Assembly: GCA_035530075.1 (NCBI GenBank)
Contig: DATKVM010000007.1
Span: forward strand, 1 to 62,073
DNA: 62,073 bases
DNA from: Patescibacteria group bacterium
GTDB taxonomy: Bacteria > Patescibacteriota > Microgenomatia > UM-FILTER-40-11
Direction of reading: 5' to 3'
Positions 46,976-55,293 of the stretch are shown here, piece by piece (position 1 is the stretch's first letter; each line of letters starts with the position of its first letter). Under the pieces are notes generated by a model. The model had not been told where the DNA came from, ran no database searches, and saw nothing but the letters and a program-made list of their open reading frames with translations. Both the position numbers and the translations under genes were made by a program.

Positions 46976-47530
46976 ATGGAGTTTGGTCGACCAACTAGAG
47001 CAGAGGTTTTGGCCGCGGCCGGAAAAGTAGTCCCCGACATTATTGCCCCCAACTTAAAAGTCCTTTTTTGCGGGGTTAATCCCGGTCTTTATTCCGGCGC
47101 TACCGGTCACCATTTCGCTTATCCCGGCAATCGGTTTTGGAAAGCTCTCTATCAGGCCGGTTTCACTGCCCGGTTATTTAGTCCCTTCGAAGAGTCAAAA
47201 CTCTTAACTTTTGGCTATGGTATAGTCAATCTGGTCGCCAGAGCCACTGCTTCCGAAGCCGCTTTAACTAAAAAAGAATTAGTTGCCGGCGGGAAAACTT
47301 TAGTCCAAAAAGTCAGGCGGTTTAAACCAGAATCTGTCGCTATCTTGGGCATTGGCGCTTATCAAATGGCCTTTTTCACTCCCAAAGCTAAAGTAGGTCC
47401 CCAAGAAAAATTAATTAATCATACCCGAATTTGGGTTCTGCCTAACCCCAGCGGCCTTAATGCTAATTATCTTTTGCCAGACTTGGTCGAAGAAATGAAG
47501 AAGCTACGCTTGGTAGCCGAAACAAAATGA
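46976..47530 (+). CDS. mug: G/U mismatch-specific uracil-DNA glycosylase (Mug/TDG family)
   Basis: VLFCGVNPGLYS...HHFAYPGNRFW...LPNPSGLN motifs are present. TATAAT (46964-46969) lies 6 nt before the ATG at 46976. Confidence 0.8.
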   Translation: MEFGRPTRAEVLAAAGKVVPDIIAPNLKVLFCGVNPGLYSGATGHHFAYPGNRFWKALYQAGFTARLFSPFEESKLLTFGYGIVNLVARATASEAALTKKELVAGGKTLVQKVRRFKPESVAILGIGAYQMAFFTPKAKVGPQEKLINHTRIWVLPNPSGLNANYLLPDLVEEMKKLRLVAETK

Positions 47531-48174
47531 TTATTCCCGATTTATCTTTTGAAAAACAGCTTTGGCAAAAAGGCTATCTGAATGTGGCGGGAGTTGATGA
47601 AGCGGGGAGAGGTCCTTGGGCCGGGCCAGTAACCGCTGGGGCGGTCGTAATTCATTCCGCTAAACAAGTGGTGCCGATAGTCCGCGACAGTAAAAAGATG
47701 ACCGCTCGGCAGAGAGAAAAAGCCTTTTTGGTAATCCGCGAAGAATCATCCGCTTTCGGAGTCGGCATTGTTTCGGCCGAAGAAATTAATAAAATCGGGA
47801 TTAACCGAGCAGCGCAAAAGGCAATGCTTTTAGCGCTTTCGGAAATTGAAAATAAATTCCATTTACCAATTTCTTTTGTCATTATTGACGGCAGCCGGAC
47901 ACTTAGGTTAGCCGAATATCGGTCCGAGAGAATTAAAGCCGGCGGGCTTTATCATTACTCAATTGCCGCCGGTTCGGTTTTAGCCAAAGTAACCCGAGAC
48001 CGAATTATGAAAAAGTTGGCAAGTCAATATCCCCAGTACGGTTTCGAGAAACACGTCGGCTATGGAACAAAGGAACATCTTGAGGCTTTAAAAAAATTCG
48101 GCCCTTGTCCGATTCACCGTCAAAACTACAAGCCGATTAAAAACTTAAAGGAAAACATTAAGGTGATATGTTAG
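47527..48174 (+). CDS. rnhB: Ribonuclease HII
   Basis: The GVDEAGRGPWAGPV catalytic motif is present. The ORF is 215 aa and its start overlaps the mug stop (ATGA). Confidence 0.9.
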   Translation: MIIPDLSFEKQLWQKGYLNVAGVDEAGRGPWAGPVTAGAVVIHSAKQVVPIVRDSKKMTARQREKAFLVIREESSAFGVGIVSAEEINKIGINRAAQKAMLLALSEIENKFHLPISFVIIDGSRTLRLAEYRSERIKAGGLYHYSIAAGSVLAKVTRDRIMKKLASQYPQYGFEKHVGYGTKEHLEALKKFGPCPIHRQNYKPIKNLKENIKVIC

Positions 48175-48183
48175 AATTTACAG

Positions 48184-48381
48184 ATGAACAAAGAAGAAAA
48201 GATTAAGGAGTTAAAAAAGAAATTGGCAAAGTACGAATCCAGACTTGCTTTTAAAATGAAAACCTATCGAGGAGTCATTCATGAAAGCGCTCTTTCCGAA
48301 TTAAAACATTCTGAGGTGATGGTCCTTCAAGCAATGATAGACGATTTAAAAAGGGAAATTTATAACCTTGAGCACCCCTAA
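48184..48381 (+). CDS. Hypothetical small coiled-coil protein
   Basis: 65-aa charged helical ORF with no family recognised. Confidence 0.35.
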   Translation: MNKEEKIKELKKKLAKYESRLAFKMKTYRGVIHESALSELKHSEVMVLQAMIDDLKREIYNLEHP

Positions 48382-48441
48382 TTACCGGCCGTAAAGCCGA
48401 CGCAGTTCGGTTTTTGCTTGTTCTAAAATCTTCTTTTTCAT
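48382..48441 (-). pseudogene. Remnant of a DUF3175-like gene 3' end (19 codons)
   Basis: It translates to MKKKILEQAKTELRRLYGR. The intact gene at 54736..55008 ends in ...EQKKILEQAKIELRRLYGKEP. The nucleotide similarity over about 48 nt was aligned by hand. Confidence 0.6.
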
Positions 48442-49151
48442 TTAATTGGTTTATCTCCATGTTCCTCCTCTGTCAGCGGAATTGTTAATAATTCGGTCTG
48501 TTTTCCCACTCCCGGCGCCACTTCACTTTTCTTTTTGGCGGCTAAAACAATTTTTTTTACTTCTTCAACCGGCAGGCTTTTTTTATAGTCCGAGGCAATC
48601 AAATAATACATCGCATGAGGAGCGCCGGAGCCAATGCTGACATAACCAATGGCATCATGCAAAAGGTTTATTCCGGGATGAGTAATAGTGTACAGATGAC
48701 ATTCTTCCTCGTCCCGACAGCCGGACACAATCAGCTCCACCTGAAGACTGAAATTTGTCAGTTGGGATTCAATTTCCTGGACCACGGCCGGAACGAGTTT
48801 TTGCTGCATGGTGTAATAATTATCCAAAGTCAGGCCGCGGGGCTCAAGTGTGCGCTCAATCACCAGCCGGCGACGGTAATCTTGATAGGAACGGCGAAGA
48901 ACCTCTAATATCTGCTCAATTTTGCTGATTTGCTGATTTTTAATTTGATTGTTAGCCTTTTCAATTACCTCATGGGCATTTAAAGCATTGCCGGCGGACA
49001 TGGCGACCGCGTTGCCGCCGAGGCGGTAAATTTTGGGCACATCATCGGTTTCAAATTCATAAGAAATGGGGAAATTGGCGGTAATCATCCGGTCAACCGC
49101 CACCACAATTTTTTTGCCGTTTTCGGCCATGGCGGCAATACAGATGGTCAT
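48438..49151 (-). CDS. Proteasome beta-subunit-like Ntn hydrolase (bacterial proteasome homologue type)
   Basis: 237 aa starting MTICIA (Thr directly after the initiator Met). It also has AVDRM, PKIYRL and SIGSGAPHA (GSG) motifs in the order seen in T1-family peptidases. Confidence 0.6.
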   Translation of the reverse strand: MTICIAAMAENGKKIVVAVDRMITANFPISYEFETDDVPKIYRLGGNAVAMSAGNALNAHEVIEKANNQIKNQQISKIEQILEVLRRSYQDYRRRLVIERTLEPRGLTLDNYYTMQQKLVPAVVQEIESQLTNFSLQVELIVSGCRDEEECHLYTITHPGINLLHDAIGYVSIGSGAPHAMYYLIASDYKKSLPVEEVKKIVLAAKKKSEVAPGVGKQTELLTIPLTEEEHGDKPIK

Positions 49152-49293
49152 GCGCTAACTTTAGCAGCCTAATTTAAGCAGGAAATCACAAAATGGCAAG
49201 AATTGAGTTACTAACCACCGGGTGCCCAGACTAAAGTCTTTTGAGTAATTGTTAAGTTTCCTGATATTTTGACAAGCCAATCGGATTTCGGCT

Positions 49294-51732
49294 CTATTGA
49301 ACACTAGGGAGTCCAGAAAGAAGCTGCATCTCAGCTAAAACCGAATCCAAGAACCAAAGATATCCTAAGTTTGTTTTATCTGCTTGATTATAGGTGGGAA
49401 TACTGGCCGGGGGATCCTTAAAGTAAACCGAAACAATATTAAAATACTCAATTGACCTTTTGGAGATAAAATCATCAACCTTAAAAGGCGTCGGCCAACC
49501 CTGCTTGTAACCATAAAGAATCACCGGCTGGCCGCTTTGATAGGGTGAATCAGTCGCCCCCGACCAATCACCCGGTGGCGACTTTATATATTGATAACCG
49601 GCCGGGTCGACAAAACCAACTAATGACTGGTAGGCTGATTTCAGATTATGAGTAAAACTGGACGGAACGGCCGCACCGGCCGCTTTGTAGCTGTAGCCGC
49701 CACGGATGAGCTGAATCATAACTCCGGCTTGATAAGTTGGGTTGGTGAAACCATGGTTGTCAAAGTGGAAGTCATCATAGGCAGTTTGAGTCTTCGTCTC
49801 GCAATATTCCGAATCAGTGCTAACCGTAATTGAATGATAGGCATAGCAATCGGCCAAGTCAGATAAAATGCTCCGGTTGGGGATATCAGGGAAGAAATTA
49901 ACTGCTTCAGCAATCGCTAGAGCGTGCCAAGCATTCTCCTCTCCCTTAGTGTCGACGGTCTTTCCCGTATCCGGCATTCGGGTAACCAGAAGGTCGTCAT
50001 AGACGCTCGTACCAGTCAGTCCCCAAGTGCTTACTAGCTGGACAGTGTCGGCAATAACTTGGGTAGAGTTTACTCCTACCTTTTTCCCATCAATATATCC
50101 GATAACACCAAGGCGCTCTTTGGTTCCGCTATTACTACTTAATGTTAGGACAAATTGATGCCAACCTTTACTTCGTAAGACCCCTGTTGGTTGCATATTG
50201 CTGGGGGAATTAAGACGGAAGAGGTAGTTATTAGGGGAAATCGAAGTATTAACCCCAATTCCCGTATTCGGCGTCGAGGTAGAGGAAGCCAACAAAAACA
50301 TCGTTCCCTTTTGCGGGCTTAAATCGTCATAAAACCAGATTTTTACCTTAAGGCTGGGCGAAATCGAGTATACGGGGAGGATCTTCCTTATATTCACCAA
50401 GTTATGCCCGCCAGTAGTCGAATTGAAAGTCCCGTCGCGATAGTTTAGGACAAGGGCGCTGGAGCCATCCCGGCCGATATTGGGGACAATGGTCGCTTCA
50501 TTGGATGAAGTACTTAAGTTCTGCCAGCCGGAAAGCGGCTGATTAAAGTTTTCCTGAAGGAGAATATACGACTGGACTTGGGAGTAAATGAGATTTTGAG
50601 CGGAAGAAAGAGTCGCTTGATCAAGACTTGGTTTTAGAAGGTTGGTGACGGCAACGAGTTGGCTAAGGTATGCTCCCCGTGCCCAAAATTTACCGGCATC
50701 GTCTTTGTTCCAATTACCAAACTGAAGAGCGTCTTTGAAAAGCGTAACCGCCCGACTGACCGCAGTATTGTCGCCCGCCCGCATGCCATATTGATAAAAA
50801 ATGATAGCGGTATTAAGGAGGCTTCGCAGGTCATTGGCGTGGGTGCGGGTACCCAAAGCCGGATAAAGAGGCGAGAAATCAGTATTCTTGTAAGTTTCAT
50901 AAAAAATCTTTGAAGTCCGAAAGATTTGATCCTCGGCGCTAATCGTGTCCATTTTAGCGACAATTACTTCGTCAAACCAACTCTTACCGTAGAGTCCCCA
51001 AGTCGAAAGCAAGCTTAGCATTTTGATATTGGTTTGGGTCGAATTGACCATCAGTGTTCGGTCGCTATTGTAAAGAAAAGAGTTGTCAATCTTGCCGAAA
51101 GTTCCTTTGTCAGTCACCACCAGCTCAAAGATATGCCAACCTTTGCTTCGTTTTACGCCAGTATCTTTCATATTAGTGTAAGTATTGGTTCTAAAAAGAT
51201 AATTATTTGGAGACACAAAAGCATTAACCCCAATGCCAGTGTTGAGGTCACCGGAAACTGCTAAAAAGAAAGTCCCTTTAGTCGGATTGGTGGGAGTATA
51301 GTCGTCATAGAAAGCCACCCGCAAGACAAGATTGGTAATGGGAGTTTCAGCCAAGACTTTATCAGCCCGGACGAGTTGAGCATTAGTGTAATTGTTATAG
51401 TTGAGCAGTAAACTGCCGGACCCTTTGTAAGAAAGAGGGTCGATTGAAATGATATTGTTTACGGAAGGGTTTTGAGTAATTTGCCAATTAGATAAAGCAC
51501 TGGCCGAATCGAAATGTTCCTCAAATAAAATTGGTTGGACGGGAAAAGTTTCTGTCGAAGATAAAGCTGCTCTTGATTGAATAGTTCGAGAATTTTCTAT
51601 GGTCACTGCAAAAGTGGTCGCAAAAAGAAGGATTATCGATAAAAAGAAGAGGACCAAGGATTTTATAAGCTGAGTGTTACTCTTCACCAAAAAATTTCTC
51701 GGTGAGTCTTTATTTAAGCTGTTAACCTCCAT
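49294..51732 (-). CDS. Large secreted protein with two paralogous LamG/concanavalin-like domains
   Basis: 812 aa with an N-terminal anchor. It has an internal duplication (...GTFFLAVSGDLNTGIGVNAFVSPNNYLFRTN...KGWHIFELV... versus ...GTMFLLASSTSTPNTGIGVNTSISPNNYLFRLN...KGWHQFVLT...). Confidence 0.5.
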   Translation of the reverse strand: MEVNSLNKDSPRNFLVKSNTQLIKSLVLFFLSIILLFATTFAVTIENSRTIQSRAALSSTETFPVQPILFEEHFDSASALSNWQITQNPSVNNIISIDPLSYKGSGSLLLNYNNYTNAQLVRADKVLAETPITNLVLRVAFYDDYTPTNPTKGTFFLAVSGDLNTGIGVNAFVSPNNYLFRTNTYTNMKDTGVKRSKGWHIFELVVTDKGTFGKIDNSFLYNSDRTLMVNSTQTNIKMLSLLSTWGLYGKSWFDEVIVAKMDTISAEDQIFRTSKIFYETYKNTDFSPLYPALGTRTHANDLRSLLNTAIIFYQYGMRAGDNTAVSRAVTLFKDALQFGNWNKDDAGKFWARGAYLSQLVAVTNLLKPSLDQATLSSAQNLIYSQVQSYILLQENFNQPLSGWQNLSTSSNEATIVPNIGRDGSSALVLNYRDGTFNSTTGGHNLVNIRKILPVYSISPSLKVKIWFYDDLSPQKGTMFLLASSTSTPNTGIGVNTSISPNNYLFRLNSPSNMQPTGVLRSKGWHQFVLTLSSNSGTKERLGVIGYIDGKKVGVNSTQVIADTVQLVSTWGLTGTSVYDDLLVTRMPDTGKTVDTKGEENAWHALAIAEAVNFFPDIPNRSILSDLADCYAYHSITVSTDSEYCETKTQTAYDDFHFDNHGFTNPTYQAGVMIQLIRGGYSYKAAGAAVPSSFTHNLKSAYQSLVGFVDPAGYQYIKSPPGDWSGATDSPYQSGQPVILYGYKQGWPTPFKVDDFISKRSIEYFNIVSVYFKDPPASIPTYNQADKTNLGYLWFLDSVLAEMQLLSGLPSVQ

Positions 51733-51807
51733 TTATTACTACCTACTCTAAGTCTTATCAAAACACCTCTATGTTGTCAAGTTTCAAGACATTATATAAT
51801 CAAATTA

Positions 51808-51951
51808 ATGATTGTCAAAAGGAAAGCCGGCTACTTTGTCATTTCCGAAAAAACCCGCCGCAGTTTAGGCGGACCGTATAAAACTAAAGAAGAGGCAGTC
51901 AAACGCCTAAGGCAGGTTGAATACTTCAAGCACCTGGGGAAGAAGAAATAA
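51808..51951 (+). CDS. Small basic protein (47 aa), below the ORF-track cutoff
   Basis: MIVKRKAGYFVISEKTRRSLGGPYKTKEEAVKRLRQVEYFKHLGKKK. TATAAT (51795-51800) lies 7 nt before the ATG, which is leaderless-type spacing. Confidence 0.45.
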   Translation: MIVKRKAGYFVISEKTRRSLGGPYKTKEEAVKRLRQVEYFKHLGKKK

Positions 51952-51976
51952 GAAAGAATATTGCGAATCGTTTCGC

Positions 51977-53008
51977 TTAACCATTTCTTTCTTGCCATAA
52001 ATTAGCTAATCGCTCCACCTCCGGCTCATATTCTGGTAGCAATGCCTCCTCTTCATCTGGACAGCCAGACCCGTCACGAAGCCGAACCCAAAAGGGCATT
52101 TCCATATCCGCTTCTATCCGCTCATCCTCATCATATTCATTCATCTCTTTGATTTCTCCCCATTTTCTTTCAACTTCACGAAATCCGTCCCTTGAAATAT
52201 CTCCCAGCATTCTCCACCTATCACCAGAATACCAAGCATAAAAATTTACCCGCCCGCTATTGGTTAAAAAGGCGTATGGTTCTTTCCGGCCATCCTTTCT
52301 GGCCACAAACTGAATTCTGCTATCGCCAAACTGCGCCATTCTTTCTTCCATCCGCAAAAAGTCTGCCAGCAAACAGTCGGTGCCGCCTTTTTCTGGAGTT
52401 CCTAGATTTTCTAATTTCTCTCTCTCGCTTAACTCTTCCACTCTTGACCATGCTTGCCGAGCCAGGTCACTATTATATTCATACACTCGCCAATACTTAA
52501 ATCGCTGTTCATTAATCATTGGGTATATCGCTGGGGCCTCGCCACTATTAACCGCGGTAAATACCGTGTGCCAGCCCATTTCAATTCCCTTGCTGTTTAT
52601 TTTATTGGCCCACTCCATTAAGTTATCAAATACCCCCATAAATCCTTCTCCCCTCAATTGCCTTTGAATATTTCTATCAACCGCATCTATAGGTAAAGCG
52701 ATATCATCAATTAAACCTTCCCATCTTTCCAGTCTTTCATCCGTCAGTAGCAAACCGTTAGTGTGCAAACTAACATAAACACCACCATCTTTTAATATTC
52801 TTAATACTTCTTCCAAATTCCTGGCTAGAGTGGGTTCACCGCCGCCCAAAATTACTTCTCTGACGCCATTTTCAACCAAAACCCTGGCTAATTGAGCATC
52901 TCTTTCCGGGGAGACCTCGTTTCCCGGTAGAGGACCGAAGCAATAGGCGCATCTTTCTAGATTACAATCTTCTCTTAGAAACCAATGGATGCGCTCAAGG
53001 TTTGGCAT
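51977..53008 (-). CDS. Radical SAM enzyme with non-canonical CX4CX2C motif and an unassigned acidic C-terminal domain
   Basis: 343 aa. DCNLERCAYCF, GGGEPTL and HTNG motifs are present. TAGAAT (53022-53017) lies 8 nt before the ATG. Confidence 0.75.
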   Translation of the reverse strand: MPNLERIHWFLREDCNLERCAYCFGPLPGNEVSPERDAQLARVLVENGVREVILGGGEPTLARNLEEVLRILKDGGVYVSLHTNGLLLTDERLERWEGLIDDIALPIDAVDRNIQRQLRGEGFMGVFDNLMEWANKINSKGIEMGWHTVFTAVNSGEAPAIYPMINEQRFKYWRVYEYNSDLARQAWSRVEELSEREKLENLGTPEKGGTDCLLADFLRMEERMAQFGDSRIQFVARKDGRKEPYAFLTNSGRVNFYAWYSGDRWRMLGDISRDGFREVERKWGEIKEMNEYDEDERIEADMEMPFWVRLRDGSGCPDEEEALLPEYEPEVERLANLWQERNG

Positions 53009-53125
53009 TTGCCGCTATTCTACTCTAATTAAACCACCATTTCACCATATTGGTTCGAACCTTTTAGTTTTAAACAAAAGGGCATTAAAGGCCAAATCTT
53101 TGTGGATTCTCTTTGTCAACCAAAT

Positions 53126-53872
53126 TTATGCCTCAATGCGGCCAAAGAGGAAGCTTCCTAAAAAAAGGAAAATAATCGAAGAGCCCAACAAGGCCATAAA
53201 ATCAAACATCACACCAAAGTTAAAAATGCCGATTAAGGCCCCTCTAATCCCATCAACCCCGTAAGAAAGGGGATTAAGGCTGACAATAAGGCTCATCACT
53301 TTTGGCAATCCCTCCAGAGGAAAAAGCGCCCCCGATAAAAAGAAAAGCGGCATGACCAAAAAATTCATAATCAGCTGGAAAGCGTGCATATCCGTCAAGG
53401 TGGAAGCAATGGCAGTACCGACGGCAGTGAAAACCAGAGCAATTAAGAACATAAATAAAAAGGCCAGCGGCAGAAGAGAGAGATTAGTCGGCCGAAAACC
53501 AACCAGCAGGGAAATAAAGAAGACAAATAGTCCTTGAATCGTGGCCACGGTGGCTCCGCCTAAAGTTTTTCCCAGCATAATTTGAAGCCGGGAAACCGGT
53601 ACGACTAGCGTCTCTTTTAAAAATCCAAATTGGCGGTCCCAAATAACTTCAATCCCCGAGAAAATGGCGGTAAAAAGAACGGACATGGCGATAATCCCGG
53701 GAGCCAGAAATTGAATATAGCTGCCTCCTCCGGCACGTTGGTAAATTGAGCCGAAACCAAAGCCAAAACCCAAAAGGAATAAAAGCGGCTGGCCCAAAGA
53801 ACCAATCAGCCGCGCTTTGGAGCGGAAATGCCGCTTTAACTGTCTTAGCCACATAATATAAATGGCGCTCAT
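53126..53872 (-). CDS. ABC-2-type transporter permease
   Basis: 248 aa with about 6 TM helices. Its start overlaps the stop of the upstream ATPase gene by 4 nt. Confidence 0.8.
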   Translation of the reverse strand: MSAIYIMWLRQLKRHFRSKARLIGSLGQPLLFLLGFGFGFGSIYQRAGGGSYIQFLAPGIIAMSVLFTAIFSGIEVIWDRQFGFLKETLVVPVSRLQIMLGKTLGGATVATIQGLFVFFISLLVGFRPTNLSLLPLAFLFMFLIALVFTAVGTAIASTLTDMHAFQLIMNFLVMPLFFLSGALFPLEGLPKVMSLIVSLNPLSYGVDGIRGALIGIFNFGVMFDFMALLGSSIIFLFLGSFLFGRIEA

Positions 53873-54666
53873 CTTATCCCCCTCATGCGCCGGCGAATTC
53901 TCATTTGGTCAAGGGCGCTTCCTTCCTCTTCACGAATACCATGACCCGTCAGAGTTAAAAAGGCTTCTTCCAGGGTGTGGGTTTTGGTTTGCGCTTCCAA
54001 ATCTTTTGGTTTGCCTAAAGCGACAATTTCGCCGTGATCAATAACGGCGATTCGATCAGCCACTTTTTCCGCTTCTTCCAAGTAATGGGTGGTGAGAAAA
54101 ATCGTAATTTCATCTTCCTTATTTAACTTTTGAATATAACTCCAGATATGATTCCTGGTTTGGGGGTCAAGGCCTAAAGTCGGCTCGTCTAAAAAAAGAA
54201 TCTTCGGCCGATGAAGCAAACCCCGAGCCACTTCCAAGCGTCTTTTCATTCCGCCGGAAAAAGTCTTCACTAAACTGTCCTTTCTTTCCCAAAGTTCCAC
54301 AAATTTCAAAAGCTCCTCAATTCTTTTGCGGCGCAAATCGGTGGGAACGCGGCATAAAACGCCGTGAAATTCCATATTTTCATAAGCAGTTAGCTCATCA
54401 TCTAAACTGGGGTCTTGGAAGACAATCCCTAAAGAGCGGCGAACATCATCTTTGTCAGTCAGAACATTAAAGCCGTTAACTTCCACTGATCCGTCGGTCG
54501 GGCGAAGCAGGGTAGTCAGCATTTTGATAGTCGTGGTTTTCCCGGCGCCGTTGGGGCCTAAAAAAGCAAAAACCTCTCCTTTTTTGACCTCAAAAGAAAT
54601 ATGGTTGACGGCCTTAAATCCCGAAAATTCTTTAACTAAATTGTTGACTTTAATGATATTTTCCAT
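53869..54666 (-). CDS. ABC transporter ATP-binding protein
   Basis: Walker A GPNGAGKTT, signature FSGGMKRRL, Walker B ILFLDEPT. Confidence 0.9.
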   Translation of the reverse strand: MENIIKVNNLVKEFSGFKAVNHISFEVKKGEVFAFLGPNGAGKTTTIKMLTTLLRPTDGSVEVNGFNVLTDKDDVRRSLGIVFQDPSLDDELTAYENMEFHGVLCRVPTDLRRKRIEELLKFVELWERKDSLVKTFSGGMKRRLEVARGLLHRPKILFLDEPTLGLDPQTRNHIWSYIQKLNKEDEITIFLTTHYLEEAEKVADRIAVIDHGEIVALGKPKDLEAQTKTHTLEEAFLTLTGHGIREEEGSALDQMRIRRRMRGIR

Positions 54667-54735
54667 TCTCTCCGCCTTGAGTAATTTGGGCCTAAAAGAA
54701 TAGTTTATGCCTAAAAGAAGCCTTTTGCAAGATTA

Positions 54736-55008
54736 TTATGGTTCTTTTCCATAAAGCCGCCGCAGTTCAATTTTGGCTTGCTCCAGAATCTTTTTTTGCT
54801 CCGGCTCTAAACTTTTGCCGGCCCGGTTGATATAAAAATTAAGCATACTCATTGCTGATTGGAAGGGAGTGCCTTTCCGCCGGGTGCTACTCTCGGCCGA
54901 GCGCTTCAAGGATAAAGCAATCTTTTTCGGGTCTTTCCAGGTAAAAACCCCCTCTTCGGTATCTAAGGCATTGCTTTCTTTAGTAACCCTGGCTGACCAC
55001 TTTTTCAT
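54736..55008 (-). CDS. DUF3175-like small protein
   Basis: 90 aa from the ATG at 55008, which forms an ATGA overlap with the upstream stop. MKKWSARVTKESNALD...FTWKDPKKIA...SAMSMLNFYINRAGK resembles DUF3175 as I remember it. Confidence 0.6.
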   Translation of the reverse strand: MKKWSARVTKESNALDTEEGVFTWKDPKKIALSLKRSAESSTRRKGTPFQSAMSMLNFYINRAGKSLEPEQKKILEQAKIELRRLYGKEP

Positions 55009-55244
55009 CGGAGTATCTTCAGTATTGCCACTAGCGCAATGACAGTCCAAACGATATTTAAGACTCCCGGCTGGTAAGTTTTCTTGTATAAGGAAACGGT
55101 CACAATCCCTAAAGCGCCCGTCAAATTAAGCAGTTGATAAAGAAAACTATTTGACTGGAGAAGAGAAAAACTGACTAATGCATAAGCGGCGATAATAGCA
55201 ATTGTTCCATACCAGCCAAAGACGTCAATTGCTTTTTTCTTCAT
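55005..55244 (-). CDS. Small 3-TM membrane protein
   Basis: 79 aa with three hydrophobic helices. It is translationally coupled to the DUF3175-like gene. Confidence 0.55.
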   Translation of the reverse strand: MKKKAIDVFGWYGTIAIIAAYALVSFSLLQSNSFLYQLLNLTGALGIVTVSLYKKTYQPGVLNIVWTVIALVAILKILR

Positions 55245-55293
55245 AGTTTCTAGAGTAGGAGATTAGGGAAGGAAAAGCAAGGAAAAAATGGGG

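Noticed and set aside
51977-53008. Calling the radical-SAM gene a prokaryotic viperin (pVip).
   Set aside because: Only the N-terminal context and the overall size are reminiscent. The cluster motif has an extra residue, I cannot verify the viperin C-terminal motifs by eye, and there is no adjacent nucleotide kinase. It is kept as an unassigned radical-SAM enzyme.
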